Shown here: in pieces, positions 44,748 through 53,672 of the stretch | Position numbering within the stretch: position 1 is the stretch's first letter | Layout: every line of letters begins with the position of its first letter | Source: an uncultured Caldisericota bacterium | Lineage (GTDB): Bacteria > Caldisericota > Caldisericia > UBA6126 | Length of the DNA stretch: 59,101 bases | Assembly (NCBI GenBank): GCA_964583965.1 | Contig: CAZOYI010000091.1 | Span: 1 to 59,101, forward strand | Direction of reading: 5' to 3' | Position numbers and translations under genes: made by a program | Notes under the pieces: model-generated | What the model saw: the letters and a program-made list of their open reading frames with translations, nothing else | Databases searched by the model: none | Told to the model about the DNA's origin: nothing

Positions 44748-47700
44748 GTGTTGAAGAGTATTAAGCGTATTGTATTTGTAACGCTCACTTTACTCATGGC
44801 ATGTAGTGTTGTATTTGTAAATATGCCAAAAACGAGTGCTTTAGACATATTCCCTTTTGTGGTTTTATGTACTGGTAATGTCAGAGGACAATTGACCCCT
44901 TTTGAGTATGGTCCCAATGTCAACGAAGGTGGATTATCAAAGATTGCAACGGTCGTTAAAAGTATCCGAAAAGAAACTGAAGATCGTGAAGGATACCACA
45001 TGACGATTGACGCCGGTAATACCCTTTTTGGATCAGATTTGGCAACTTATTATACACAAAAACCTATGGCTGGAAAACCACATCCAGTTGTAGCTGTAAT
45101 GAATGAACTTGTATATGATGCAGCCGGGTATACCTCTCTTGATTTTTCAATGCCTCCACAAATTCGTGATGCAAGAAAAAGAGAAAGTGATTTTACTTGG
45201 GTCTGTACGAATGCTTATAGAAGCGGAAGCTTGTATGCTTCTGATCATAGAATGCTTGTATATGATGTACCCGATTCCGCCCACGTATTAAAAATAGCTA
45301 TTATTTCATTACCGGATCCATCAAGAAAAAATGCTATCCCACCTGAAAGTATTAGTGGTTTAGAATTTTATGATCCCATTGAAGAAGTTGTACGATCAAG
45401 TGATGTTTTAAAAGAAATTGAACGTGCTGACTTCATTATTCTACTAACAGACATGAAGTGGGAAAATGACCCCGATAAACGAGAGAACTCCTTTTTAAAC
45501 GAACTTCTCTTCCGTTCTAGAATTGACATTTGCATAACCACTTCTGATGATACAATTCCTGGGGAACAAGTCGTATATCCTGATTCCGATGAGTTTCCTG
45601 AGCACGACGTTCTCATATCTTCCCCGGGACGCTATGGTTTAGGTCTTTCTCGTATTGAACTCATGCTCGAAAAGTGTAAATGTCCTGTAAAACCTTATGA
45701 GGTTATGAAAAAAGAAAACGGAAATCGAATGATTACAGGAAAAGTTGTGAAAATTGGACAGGCAATTTCCGAGAATCAAGAAGTTCGCAATCTTATTGAT
45801 TCATACAGAAAGAATGCTAGCAATATATTTGATGAATTGGTGGGAACTGCTTCCCAAACATTTACTTTTTCCGGTAGTACGTATCGGCCAACAAGTTTGT
45901 CCAATTTAATGCTTGATACAATGACACAAGTAACACAAACACCCTTAGCAATGTGCCAACCCTCCGAAATATTACACAATCTCAATAAAGGTCCTCTAAC
46001 TTACGGAGATATCTATAGTTTTGTTGCATCTGAAGACACCATATATAAAGTCTCTTTATCAGGCAAGACTATAAAAGATACTCTTGAGGATGTGGGGAAT
46101 AGCCTTGCATTTGGTATTGAAAGTGCAGGATTAAGTACCAAAGGTTTTTCCTATCGCATGGATTTAAGAAAACCCGATGGACAAAAAATTATTGAACTGA
46201 AAGTTTTGGGGAGTCCGATTGACCCTAATAAATATTATGATGTTGCTGTTACCGCCGGTTTGATATGTGGTTCTGGAAGACCTGATTCGTTGTCTAACGT
46301 GGGTATTAAAGAAAACTCTAGAAAAACCATACGCCGGGCTTTGGTAGATTCTTTTTATGATATCCCCAATAAGACGGTTTCTCCAATAACCTATGGTACA
46401 TGGTATGTTGTTCCTGACTATCTAGACCATTGGGGCGAAGAAGCAATCAGTTTTCTAGTAGATAAAACTGTAATCAAGGGCTATACTGACGGAAGTTTTA
46501 AACCCAACAATGATATTACAAGAGCTGAATATACCACCGTTGTATTGAATGCTTACAATATTCCTCAAATTAAACCCAAAACTCCATCTTTTAAAGATGT
46601 AAAAACAACTGACTGGTTTTATGGCATTGTGGAAGGTGCTCAAGCTAAGAAAATGATCCCTTTTGCAACCAATGATCTTTTTATGCCAAACAAACCCATT
46701 ACTCGACAAGAAGCGATGATTGAGCTTGTTATTGCGTATCGAGCCAATCCCGAACCTCCAGAAGTTTCAGACCAAAGCCTTGTCTTTTTCAAAGAAAAGG
46801 TAAAAGACTGGCAAAGCATTTCTAAACTTGCACTTCCATTCATGATATATGCGTATGAAAAGAATCTTATTACAGGTTATGCGGACGGCACAATACGACC
46901 AGAAAAATCAATTTCAAGAGCTGAAACTGCTACCATTGTTTTTAGGGCTCATTATCCTGTAATCATGATCGGTTCTAGCGGAAATGTTGCAAATGAAATT
47001 AGGTCTCTGTATCGTGATCCTAACGAAGATCGACCTATTGGCGGTTTTGCCTCTGTTGCATCGTATTTTGATCAATTAGCAAAGATAAATCCGAACTTTA
47101 TGGCTATTGATGCTGGTAACTTTTTGATGGGATCTTCTTTATCCTATCTTACCAAAGGTGAGTATGTTGTAAAACAATATGAACCCATGAATTACGGCGC
47201 TATAGGACTATCAGATGAAGATTTCTTTTATGGATTTGAGTACCTTGATTTAATTAATAAGGATATTGATATTGTTGCTGCAGACATTTATAGTAAGGCA
47301 ACTGGAAAAGTTTTATACAAAGATTCCGTTATACATGAACTTTCTGGTATTAAAATTGGTATTACTGGTATAACAGGGATTTCGATCGAAAAGCCATATA
47401 TCCATCCTGAGGTTTTAGAGAGAATTGACATTAAGGATTCTGTTGAATCCGCAAATAATATGCTTCAATCTCTTGTTGATGGAGGATCGAGTATAACTGT
47501 TCTTACCGTTGGAATGGACAGCCGCGTGAACCTTGATAACGAATTATCTCCTGTACTTGTAAATTTTATCGATCAGCTTAATCCAAAACCTTCTTTCATT
47601 ATTGCATTGAACGGAGAATTTGGCTATACATTTCATCATAATGGGATTCCCGTCATAGCTGCGGGTAAATATGGCAATTCTTTAGGACAAACCAAAATCA

Positions 47701-48413
47701 TTATGGATGCTATTACAAAGAAAATTGAACGAATAACTCTGCACAATCAATACTCGTACATTGATGATATGGAACCCTCTGCCACTTCATTTGAGATTCA
47801 AAACGAATACAAAAAAGAGTATGAGATTGAATTGCAAGAAGTTATTGGAAAGTCCAATAACGGAATGAAAATCAGTATTGGCGGAGAATCTCCACTTGGT
47901 AATCTGATCTCCGATGTTATGAGATATACAATGGAAGAAGATGGTGCCCAAGTAGCCTGCATTACCCCTGGACTTATTAAAGAAAATATCGATGCTGGTG
48001 ATATCACCGCAGAAGAAATTTATGCTGTTTTACCGAAAGATGAAGATCTTGTATTAATCGAAATGCTCGGAGAAGACTTATTAATGGTATTTGAACACGG
48101 TTGTACTTTTAGTGCTGGTATGGTGCAAATTTCTGGTGCGAAATTTGCTTACGACAACCTTCGTTTTTTATATGATCGAATTGTAGAATGCAAGATTGAT
48201 GACGTTGGAGAACTTGTTTATGAAGAAACCTACAGAGTTGTAACTACCGAATCGATGCGAAGAGGACTTGATGGTTATGAATGGTTTGCCAACGGCAAAG
48301 TAGTGAAGTACTACGAAAAAACTCTTCGAGAAAGTTTATTTGAGTATATCGAAAAAGAAGGTACTGTTGATCGTGGAATTGAAGATCGTATTGTGTTAGT
48401 ATATACTGGTTAA
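44748..48413 (+). CDS. Cell-envelope protein: two tandem UshA/5'-nucleotidase-like modules with degenerate metal sites, separated by three SLH domains
   Basis: Signal peptide (LTLLMACSVVFVNMPKTSA). Module 1 carries VLCTGNVRGQL, IDAGNTLFGS and a 5_nucleotid_C-like block (SLSNLMLDTM...). The three SLH repeats span about 46426-46955 (WGEEAISFLVDKTVIKGYTDGSFKPNNDITRAE; TDWFYGIVEGAQ...PITRQEA; ALPFMIYAYEKNLITGYADGTIRPEKSISRAE). Module 2 carries IDAGNFLMGSS and ESPLGNLISDVMRY. I prefer the GTG 44748 start over the track's TTG 44736. Confidence 0.8.
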   Translation: MLKSIKRIVFVTLTLLMACSVVFVNMPKTSALDIFPFVVLCTGNVRGQLTPFEYGPNVNEGGLSKIATVVKSIRKETEDREGYHMTIDAGNTLFGSDLATYYTQKPMAGKPHPVVAVMNELVYDAAGYTSLDFSMPPQIRDARKRESDFTWVCTNAYRSGSLYASDHRMLVYDVPDSAHVLKIAIISLPDPSRKNAIPPESISGLEFYDPIEEVVRSSDVLKEIERADFIILLTDMKWENDPDKRENSFLNELLFRSRIDICITTSDDTIPGEQVVYPDSDEFPEHDVLISSPGRYGLGLSRIELMLEKCKCPVKPYEVMKKENGNRMITGKVVKIGQAISENQEVRNLIDSYRKNASNIFDELVGTASQTFTFSGSTYRPTSLSNLMLDTMTQVTQTPLAMCQPSEILHNLNKGPLTYGDIYSFVASEDTIYKVSLSGKTIKDTLEDVGNSLAFGIESAGLSTKGFSYRMDLRKPDGQKIIELKVLGSPIDPNKYYDVAVTAGLICGSGRPDSLSNVGIKENSRKTIRRALVDSFYDIPNKTVSPITYGTWYVVPDYLDHWGEEAISFLVDKTVIKGYTDGSFKPNNDITRAEYTTVVLNAYNIPQIKPKTPSFKDVKTTDWFYGIVEGAQAKKMIPFATNDLFMPNKPITRQEAMIELVIAYRANPEPPEVSDQSLVFFKEKVKDWQSISKLALPFMIYAYEKNLITGYADGTIRPEKSISRAETATIVFRAHYPVIMIGSSGNVANEIRSLYRDPNEDRPIGGFASVASYFDQLAKINPNFMAIDAGNFLMGSSLSYLTKGEYVVKQYEPMNYGAIGLSDEDFFYGFEYLDLINKDIDIVAADIYSKATGKVLYKDSVIHELSGIKIGITGITGISIEKPYIHPEVLERIDIKDSVESANNMLQSLVDGGSSITVLTVGMDSRVNLDNELSPVLVNFIDQLNPKPSFIIALNGEFGYTFHHNGIPVIAAGKYGNSLGQTKIIMDAITKKIERITLHNQYSYIDDMEPSATSFEIQNEYKKEYEIELQEVIGKSNNGMKISIGGESPLGNLISDVMRYTMEEDGAQVACITPGLIKENIDAGDITAEEIYAVLPKDEDLVLIEMLGEDLLMVFEHGCTFSAGMVQISGAKFAYDNLRFLYDRIVECKIDDVGELVYEETYRVVTTESMRRGLDGYEWFANGKVVKYYEKTLRESLFEYIEKEGTVDRGIEDRIVLVYTG

Positions 48414-48429
48414 CTTTATAGGAGGTATC

Positions 48430-49461
48430 ATGAAAGTCCTGATGAAACAATTTTTTGTTCTCTTTCTTATTTTTGCAGTCGGATCTGCTTTACTCATGGG
48501 CTGCGGTGGTAACGGTGCAGACAATGGATCTGTTGACAATGGGGGTAGTTCCCAAAACGAAACTCCTGGCGAAAAACCAGAAGATGTTACCGATACCATA
48601 GTGGAATGTCGTTTTGTAGATGCACAGCCTACTATTGATGGCATAGGTGACGAAGAAGTTTGGTCCAACATTGAGCTAACCACCGTTGAACTCGAAAGCG
48701 GAATGTGGGTAGATGTTAAAACTTACTATGATAATGATAACATCTATTTTTTATATGATTGGATCTCAGATATGACCAACACAGCAGAAGATAGTACTGC
48801 TGGCCAATGGAAAAAAGATGCCGAAGGAAATTGGACATGGGATTCCAAAATGGATGCATTGGCTATTGCTTGGGATTTAAGTGATATCCCTGAATTTTTA
48901 ACCACTGGATGCACTCCTCTTTGCCATGATCAGTCCAATTCCTTAGACAACCGTTACATGGCTACAGAAATACCTGGTGATATCGTTGAATTATGGGTAT
49001 GGAGCCCAGCAGTGAGTGGTATGAAAAACATTATGGCCTCTTACATCATAACTGATGTACCGGCCGGTACCGACACCGAAGATCCAAACTTCGACAACAA
49101 GATGTCTTGGGAAAAACTACCAGGTGAATATGGTTTCTTCTACAATCGGGACGAAAACGAAAAGCAACCGATGGAGGGTGGTGAAGGTGCTCCGCTGTAC
49201 ATCATCAACGAAGAAAATCCTGAAGGAGAAGCTGCATTAATTCAAGCAGTGGGTAAATTTGAATTTGGTGGATATAAACTAGAGATCGCTCGACCTAGAA
49301 ATCCGTCCAACCGTGATTTAACTCATTTTGAAGTAAGCGACAATGGCTATGCTGATTTTTATTTTGCTATTACTATGCATAGTATGGAAGAACGTGAGTA
49401 TCACAAAACTGCCGAAACTGCGTCTACTCTTCGCTTAATTGGAAAAAGTGTCGCTGAATAA
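48430..49461 (+). CDS. Lipoprotein with DOMON/CBM9-like (EB_dh-type) domain
   Basis: Lipobox (LLMGC) and a Gly/Asn-rich linker. FVDAQPTIDGIGDEEVWSNIE ... DNDNIYFLYDW is the characteristic opening of the EB_dh/CBM9 beta-sandwich. It contains CTPLCH at 48910-48927. Confidence 0.55.
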   Translation: MKVLMKQFFVLFLIFAVGSALLMGCGGNGADNGSVDNGGSSQNETPGEKPEDVTDTIVECRFVDAQPTIDGIGDEEVWSNIELTTVELESGMWVDVKTYYDNDNIYFLYDWISDMTNTAEDSTAGQWKKDAEGNWTWDSKMDALAIAWDLSDIPEFLTTGCTPLCHDQSNSLDNRYMATEIPGDIVELWVWSPAVSGMKNIMASYIITDVPAGTDTEDPNFDNKMSWEKLPGEYGFFYNRDENEKQPMEGGEGAPLYIINEENPEGEAALIQAVGKFEFGGYKLEIARPRNPSNRDLTHFEVSDNGYADFYFAITMHSMEEREYHKTAETASTLRLIGKSVAE

Positions 49462-49476
49462 CACAGGAGTGTTTTT

Positions 49477-50859
49477 ATGAATTTTAAAAAGGTTCTCTCA
49501 TTTACTGTTATTGCTTTAATACTTACCAGTATCCAATTTATACCAGGAAGCTTAAGTTCTAGTACTGAAGCTGCATCTCCTGATAAAATTGGTATTTATA
49601 CCAATTCATTTGGATACTATGTCTATGTTACAGACCCTATTAAGAATCGCGTACTGAAATATTCCACCGAAGGAACTTATCTATCCATCATTATTCCTAC
49701 AGTATCAACTCACACATCGGGTGAAAAGTGGATTTTAAAGAAATGTGTTGATGTTGTTACCTGTCGTCTCACTGATGTAATCGGATTAGCAGATGCTCTA
49801 ACTGGGCACTCTTTTATCTATGAACTTAATGGACACACGCACCACAAAAACGGTGAGATGGGAACTGGACCCGGTAAGTTAACTGAAATGTGGGACGTAG
49901 CTATGACTGAGATTGATGAAATTAAATCTCAAGCACTTCTTGATCGAAAACAAAGCAAAGTATCTCATTGGACTCCACCGCCAGGTGGTATTAAAGACCC
50001 CCGTGATGGTACATTTGTACGTGATTTTGGAAATACTGGTTCTGCTACTGAGAAGCTAAAAAACCCTGAAGGTATGTGTTATGCCAAAGACACCACGCTA
50101 CTTGTTGCCGATACTGGTAACAAGCGCATCGCTATATATGACTTAAAAGGTCGCTATACTGGCGAAATTAAGAGTTCTTTTGGAGACATATGTGATGTTG
50201 GTGTAGACTTTTTAGCATCTCAGGGTAACAAGATTTATATCTTGGATCGCGGATCCAAAAAAGTCCATGTATTCTCGCAAGATTACAAGTTTGTTAAATC
50301 TGTTAATCTACCAGGTATGGGCACCGCAGCTGCTCTTACAATAGACACAGAAAACTATATTTGGGTTACCGATATTGCTCAGAATAAAGTCTTTAAATAT
50401 GACCAATCTGGAAAACAGATGCTTGTGATCAACAATGCAATTAACCCTCCAAACATGACCAGACAAATCGTTCGTGTCTATATCAAAAAGTACATCATGA
50501 TGGTAAATGATGACATTAAGAAATTGGATGCTCCCCCATATATTGACAAAGGTCGTACTATGGTTCCCCTTCGTGCAATCTCTGAAGGCTTAGGTGCTGT
50601 GGTAAGTTGGGATGGAAAGGAACAGAAAGTGACTGTTAAACTTGGTAGCAATACCGTGGAGATTTGGATTGGAAAAACTACTGGAAGAATCAATGGAAAA
50701 CCATATCAAATTCCTGATGGTGTTGCACCCACCATTGTACGCGGCAGAACGTTTGTTCCCATTCGTTTTGTTGCTGAAGCTTTAGATTGTTACGTTGGTT
50801 GGAATCCAAAAGACCTGAGATATAGTGCCTCTGCGGTCACTGTATACTATCCTAAATAA
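49477..50859 (+). CDS. Secreted NHL-repeat beta-propeller fused to a copper-amine-oxidase-N-terminal-like (wall-associated) domain
   Basis: Signal peptide. NHL blades (LKNPEGMCYAKDTTLLVADTGNKRIAIYDLKGRY; IWVTDIAQNKVFKYDQSGK). C-terminal Cu_amine_oxidN1 pattern (GRTMVPLRAISEGLGAVVSWDGKEQKVTV ... GRTFVPIRFVAEALDCYVGWNP). Confidence 0.75.
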   Translation: MNFKKVLSFTVIALILTSIQFIPGSLSSSTEAASPDKIGIYTNSFGYYVYVTDPIKNRVLKYSTEGTYLSIIIPTVSTHTSGEKWILKKCVDVVTCRLTDVIGLADALTGHSFIYELNGHTHHKNGEMGTGPGKLTEMWDVAMTEIDEIKSQALLDRKQSKVSHWTPPPGGIKDPRDGTFVRDFGNTGSATEKLKNPEGMCYAKDTTLLVADTGNKRIAIYDLKGRYTGEIKSSFGDICDVGVDFLASQGNKIYILDRGSKKVHVFSQDYKFVKSVNLPGMGTAAALTIDTENYIWVTDIAQNKVFKYDQSGKQMLVINNAINPPNMTRQIVRVYIKKYIMMVNDDIKKLDAPPYIDKGRTMVPLRAISEGLGAVVSWDGKEQKVTVKLGSNTVEIWIGKTTGRINGKPYQIPDGVAPTIVRGRTFVPIRFVAEALDCYVGWNPKDLRYSASAVTVYYPK

Positions 50860-50873
50860 GAAACCCTATATAA

Positions 50874-50902
50874 CTTCTCTCCACCGCATTGGTGGAGAGA
50901 AG
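50874..50902 (+). terminator. Hairpin terminator after the NHL-propeller gene
   Basis: Perfect 12-bp stem: CTTCTCTCCACC (50874-50885) with GGTGGAGAGAAG (50891-50902). 5-nt loop. It begins 15 nt after the stop. The track's 50889 start for the next gene sits inside this stem. Confidence 0.6.
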
Positions 50903-50912
50903 TATTAGCATC

Positions 50913-51608
50913 ATGGAAAAAACTGCTTCAAAAAAACTTGGGAATCTGATCAATATTTTTGTTCTTTTGATGTTTCTAACATTTGTTTTTTATTTTTATC
51001 AGCGAAATTTAACTCAATATACGATTCATAAAAATTCCCCCACCATTATTATGGATGAACAAACGGTTCAAGATAACCTTATGAGAGTTTATCTAAAATC
51101 AGTTTTAAACCCTGAACACACACCATCATGGCTTCAAGAAATCTCCTTTAAAATAATGAATTATCTCGCAATAGCCCCTTTTAGTGCCTATATGGTTTCT
51201 TATATCCATTCCAAACAAGATTGGGTTATGGATTGTTCAGAATGTTCACTTGATGGACCTTGCGAAGATTTAGAGAAGGATCAATTCTTTTATCCTTTGA
51301 GCATAAACTATGATACTCTTGAAGAAATACAAAATCGATATCAAGAAGTCTTTATTATTGATGTGCGTCCAACTGATCAATGGGAAAAAGGACATATTCC
51401 TTCTTCGGTTACAGTTCCATTAACAGATGTAGCTCCCTACTTGTTTCCTATGAATCGATGGCATGAGATTGTTCTTGTAGGTGACAACTACTTAGAAACT
51501 AAACTAGCTGGAGAAGCACTAATTCAACTTAATTTTCATCGAGTATATCGCATCAATCAACCGGTATATCAATATCCAGGGGAATTGGAAACTATTTATG
51601 GAAACTAA
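50913..51608 (+). CDS. Membrane-anchored rhodanese-like protein lacking the catalytic cysteine
   Basis: ATG 50913 (MEKTASKK) lies after the hairpin. One TM (LINIFVLLMFLTFVFYFY). A Cys cluster (CSECSLDGPCED). Rhodanese fold (FIIDVRPTDQWEKGHIPSSVTVPL), but the active-site loop reads IVLVGDNYLETK, with Gly where the catalytic Cys belongs. Confidence 0.7.
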   Translation: MEKTASKKLGNLINIFVLLMFLTFVFYFYQRNLTQYTIHKNSPTIIMDEQTVQDNLMRVYLKSVLNPEHTPSWLQEISFKIMNYLAIAPFSAYMVSYIHSKQDWVMDCSECSLDGPCEDLEKDQFFYPLSINYDTLEEIQNRYQEVFIIDVRPTDQWEKGHIPSSVTVPLTDVAPYLFPMNRWHEIVLVGDNYLETKLAGEALIQLNFHRVYRINQPVYQYPGELETIYGN

Positions 51609-52269
51609 AGATATTACCCTAGTAGGCGTTGTCAGTGCCGTTGGAGCTATATTTTACCTTGCAACAGCTCCTCTTATTGAAACAACCGTTCCTGTTATTG
51701 GTTGCGTTATGCGACCCGTCGTGTTTATTTCGTTTATCATGAGTAAATTCCACTTTAATATCAAAAAACTTCTATGGGTCGCAATACTGAGTACTTTTTT
51801 ATACTCCTTGATTATTCCTTGTTTCATAAACTATGTTTCTCTTCCTATCAGCATTATTTATGTACTTATTGTTGCTGGTTTTCGTACGAAAATCAATGCA
51901 TTTTGGCTAACATTTATTGGAACTATTGTAGCTTTTATTGGTCTACTTCTTTTTACTTTTCTTTTTGCTACCAGTGCAGCTGAGTGGTTATTTTATTTGA
52001 AATATTTCTTTCCTGTTGTTATACTTGGAGCGATTGTTGGTGCATTGCGACAAAAATTTGGTAAATTTAGCTGTGTAGGTTGCGATTTATGTAACAAGCC
52101 AAATGCTGAAGTATATTTTGAAAAACGAGAAAAAGAAAAACACCGTAAAAAAAATGAATCAAACAACAAGAATTTGGGTAATATTGGTATGCAAACTGAT
52201 ATGATTGATAAAAATAAAGACCGTTATTCCGATGAAAACGTAAAGGATGAGATGAAAAATGAAGAATAA
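51598..52269 (+). CDS. Hypothetical 6-TM membrane protein with Lys/Glu-rich cytoplasmic tail
   Basis: 223 aa. Six hydrophobic segments, with Cys residues within TM2 (VIGCVMRP) and TM3 (IIPCFINY). A CVGCDLC motif sits after the last TM. It overlaps both flanking genes by 11 nt. Confidence 0.5.
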   Translation: METKDITLVGVVSAVGAIFYLATAPLIETTVPVIGCVMRPVVFISFIMSKFHFNIKKLLWVAILSTFLYSLIIPCFINYVSLPISIIYVLIVAGFRTKINAFWLTFIGTIVAFIGLLLFTFLFATSAAEWLFYLKYFFPVVILGAIVGALRQKFGKFSCVGCDLCNKPNAEVYFEKREKEKHRKKNESNNKNLGNIGMQTDMIDKNKDRYSDENVKDEMKNEE

Positions 52270-53170
52270 GTGGATTGCTTTCTTTGCTTCTTTACTATTA
52301 TTTTGTTCTTTTGTTCGCACCTTTGCCTCTACTAGTCCTTCATTTCCATCTGATATTACTTTTTACAAGAATAAATATGTCTTCAAAATTGAAGGGCATC
52401 CCGTCGAGATGCCAGTCAAGGTTTTCTTTGACGAAGTCTTACAGTCTTATATGATACCATTACGTTTTCTTGCAGATTCACTTCGATACACTGTTGAATG
52501 GGATTCACAGGAATCTATTGCATATTTTACTTCAAAACAAAATCATTTTTCCATTAAGATAAATGGACAAGATTCCCTTGGCATATTATCATCAACCCAA
52601 AAGAATGGTCATTTTACCTTGAAACATGATCGTATATATGCCGATGAACAAACTGTAGCTCGTCTCTTTGAAATTGATTTGAAAGGCGCCAGTGAGCCAA
52701 ATACTGTCGTTTTCACAACCATGCGTGACCGCATTTATATTCCTGCCCCAAATTTCACATTGCTCGATACTAAAGGTCAAACATTTGATTTGTATCAAGA
52801 ATTAGAAAAACCAGAAAATAAATATATCATTCTTAACTTTTATGCTACCCGTTGTCCATTTTGCTTAAAAGCACTACCCATGCTTGTAGAGTTATCCGAT
52901 GATTATGTAGACAAAAATGTTTCTGTTGTCGGATTGAATACAGATACGGCGGGTCAAGAAAAAGAAAGGGACAAAAAATTAAAGAAATACAATGTTCGAT
53001 ATACAGTAGTCCAGGATATCAACAACATCGTCTATGATCGATATCGTGTTGCTGGGGTACCCAATTTTTATGTAGTAAATCAAGACCATGAAATCGTTTT
53101 TCATAACTTATTTGCTGATGAAGAGCAAATTAGTTTACTAAGGCAATGGTTGGATTTAAAATTAAAATAA
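52259..53170 (+). CDS. Secreted TlpA/ResA-like thiol-disulfide oxidoreductase fused to a copper-amine-oxidase-N-like domain
   Basis: Signal peptide. Cu_amine_oxidN1-like part (MIPLRFLADSLRYTVEWDSQESIAYF). Thioredoxin fold with IILNFYATRCPFCLKALP (CxxC) and VAGVPNFYVV. Confidence 0.8.
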   Translation: MKNKWIAFFASLLLFCSFVRTFASTSPSFPSDITFYKNKYVFKIEGHPVEMPVKVFFDEVLQSYMIPLRFLADSLRYTVEWDSQESIAYFTSKQNHFSIKINGQDSLGILSSTQKNGHFTLKHDRIYADEQTVARLFEIDLKGASEPNTVVFTTMRDRIYIPAPNFTLLDTKGQTFDLYQELEKPENKYIILNFYATRCPFCLKALPMLVELSDDYVDKNVSVVGLNTDTAGQEKERDKKLKKYNVRYTVVQDINNIVYDRYRVAGVPNFYVVNQDHEIVFHNLFADEEQISLLRQWLDLKLK

Positions 53171-53207
53171 TAAGAATGTAAGAAATTATTTTTATTGGAG
53201 GTTTACA

Positions 53208-53672
53208 ATGATGTTAAAAGAACGTATCTACGATGATTTCATGCGTGCCTATAAGGCTAAGGAGACTCTTAGAGCCGAGTTACTTAAAATGGTTAAATCT
53301 GCTATTCAGTACAAAGAAGTTGAATGCAAAGCAAAACAAAAAGAACTAACAGATCAAGATGTTGTTCATATCCTTAAAACCGAATTAAAAAAACACAAAG
53401 AATCTATTGAACAGTTTGTTCAAGCAGGTCGTCTTGATGCTGCTGAAAAAGAAAAAAATGAAATGAAGATTATTCAAGAATATCTTCCAAAACCAATGCC
53501 TTTTGATGAAGTTTATGAAAAAGTTAAATCTTTGTTTGAACAAGATGAGGAAAACAGAATATCTATCGGTCAATTCAAGAAAGAAGCTTTTGATAAGCTT
53601 AAAAACGATGCAGAAGGTGATGATATTAAAGAAGCTGTTGACCGATTATGGGATAAAGTCAAAAACGCATAG
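53208..53672 (+). CDS. yqeY: GatB/YqeY domain-containing protein
   Basis: LKERIYDDFMRAYKAKETLRAELLKMVKSAIQYKEVE and the LTDQDVVHILKTELKKHKESIEQF pattern. 154 aa. GGAGG RBS. Confidence 0.88.
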   Translation: MMLKERIYDDFMRAYKAKETLRAELLKMVKSAIQYKEVECKAKQKELTDQDVVHILKTELKKHKESIEQFVQAGRLDAAEKEKNEMKIIQEYLPKPMPFDEVYEKVKSLFEQDEENRISIGQFKKEAFDKLKNDAEGDDIKEAVDRLWDKVKNA

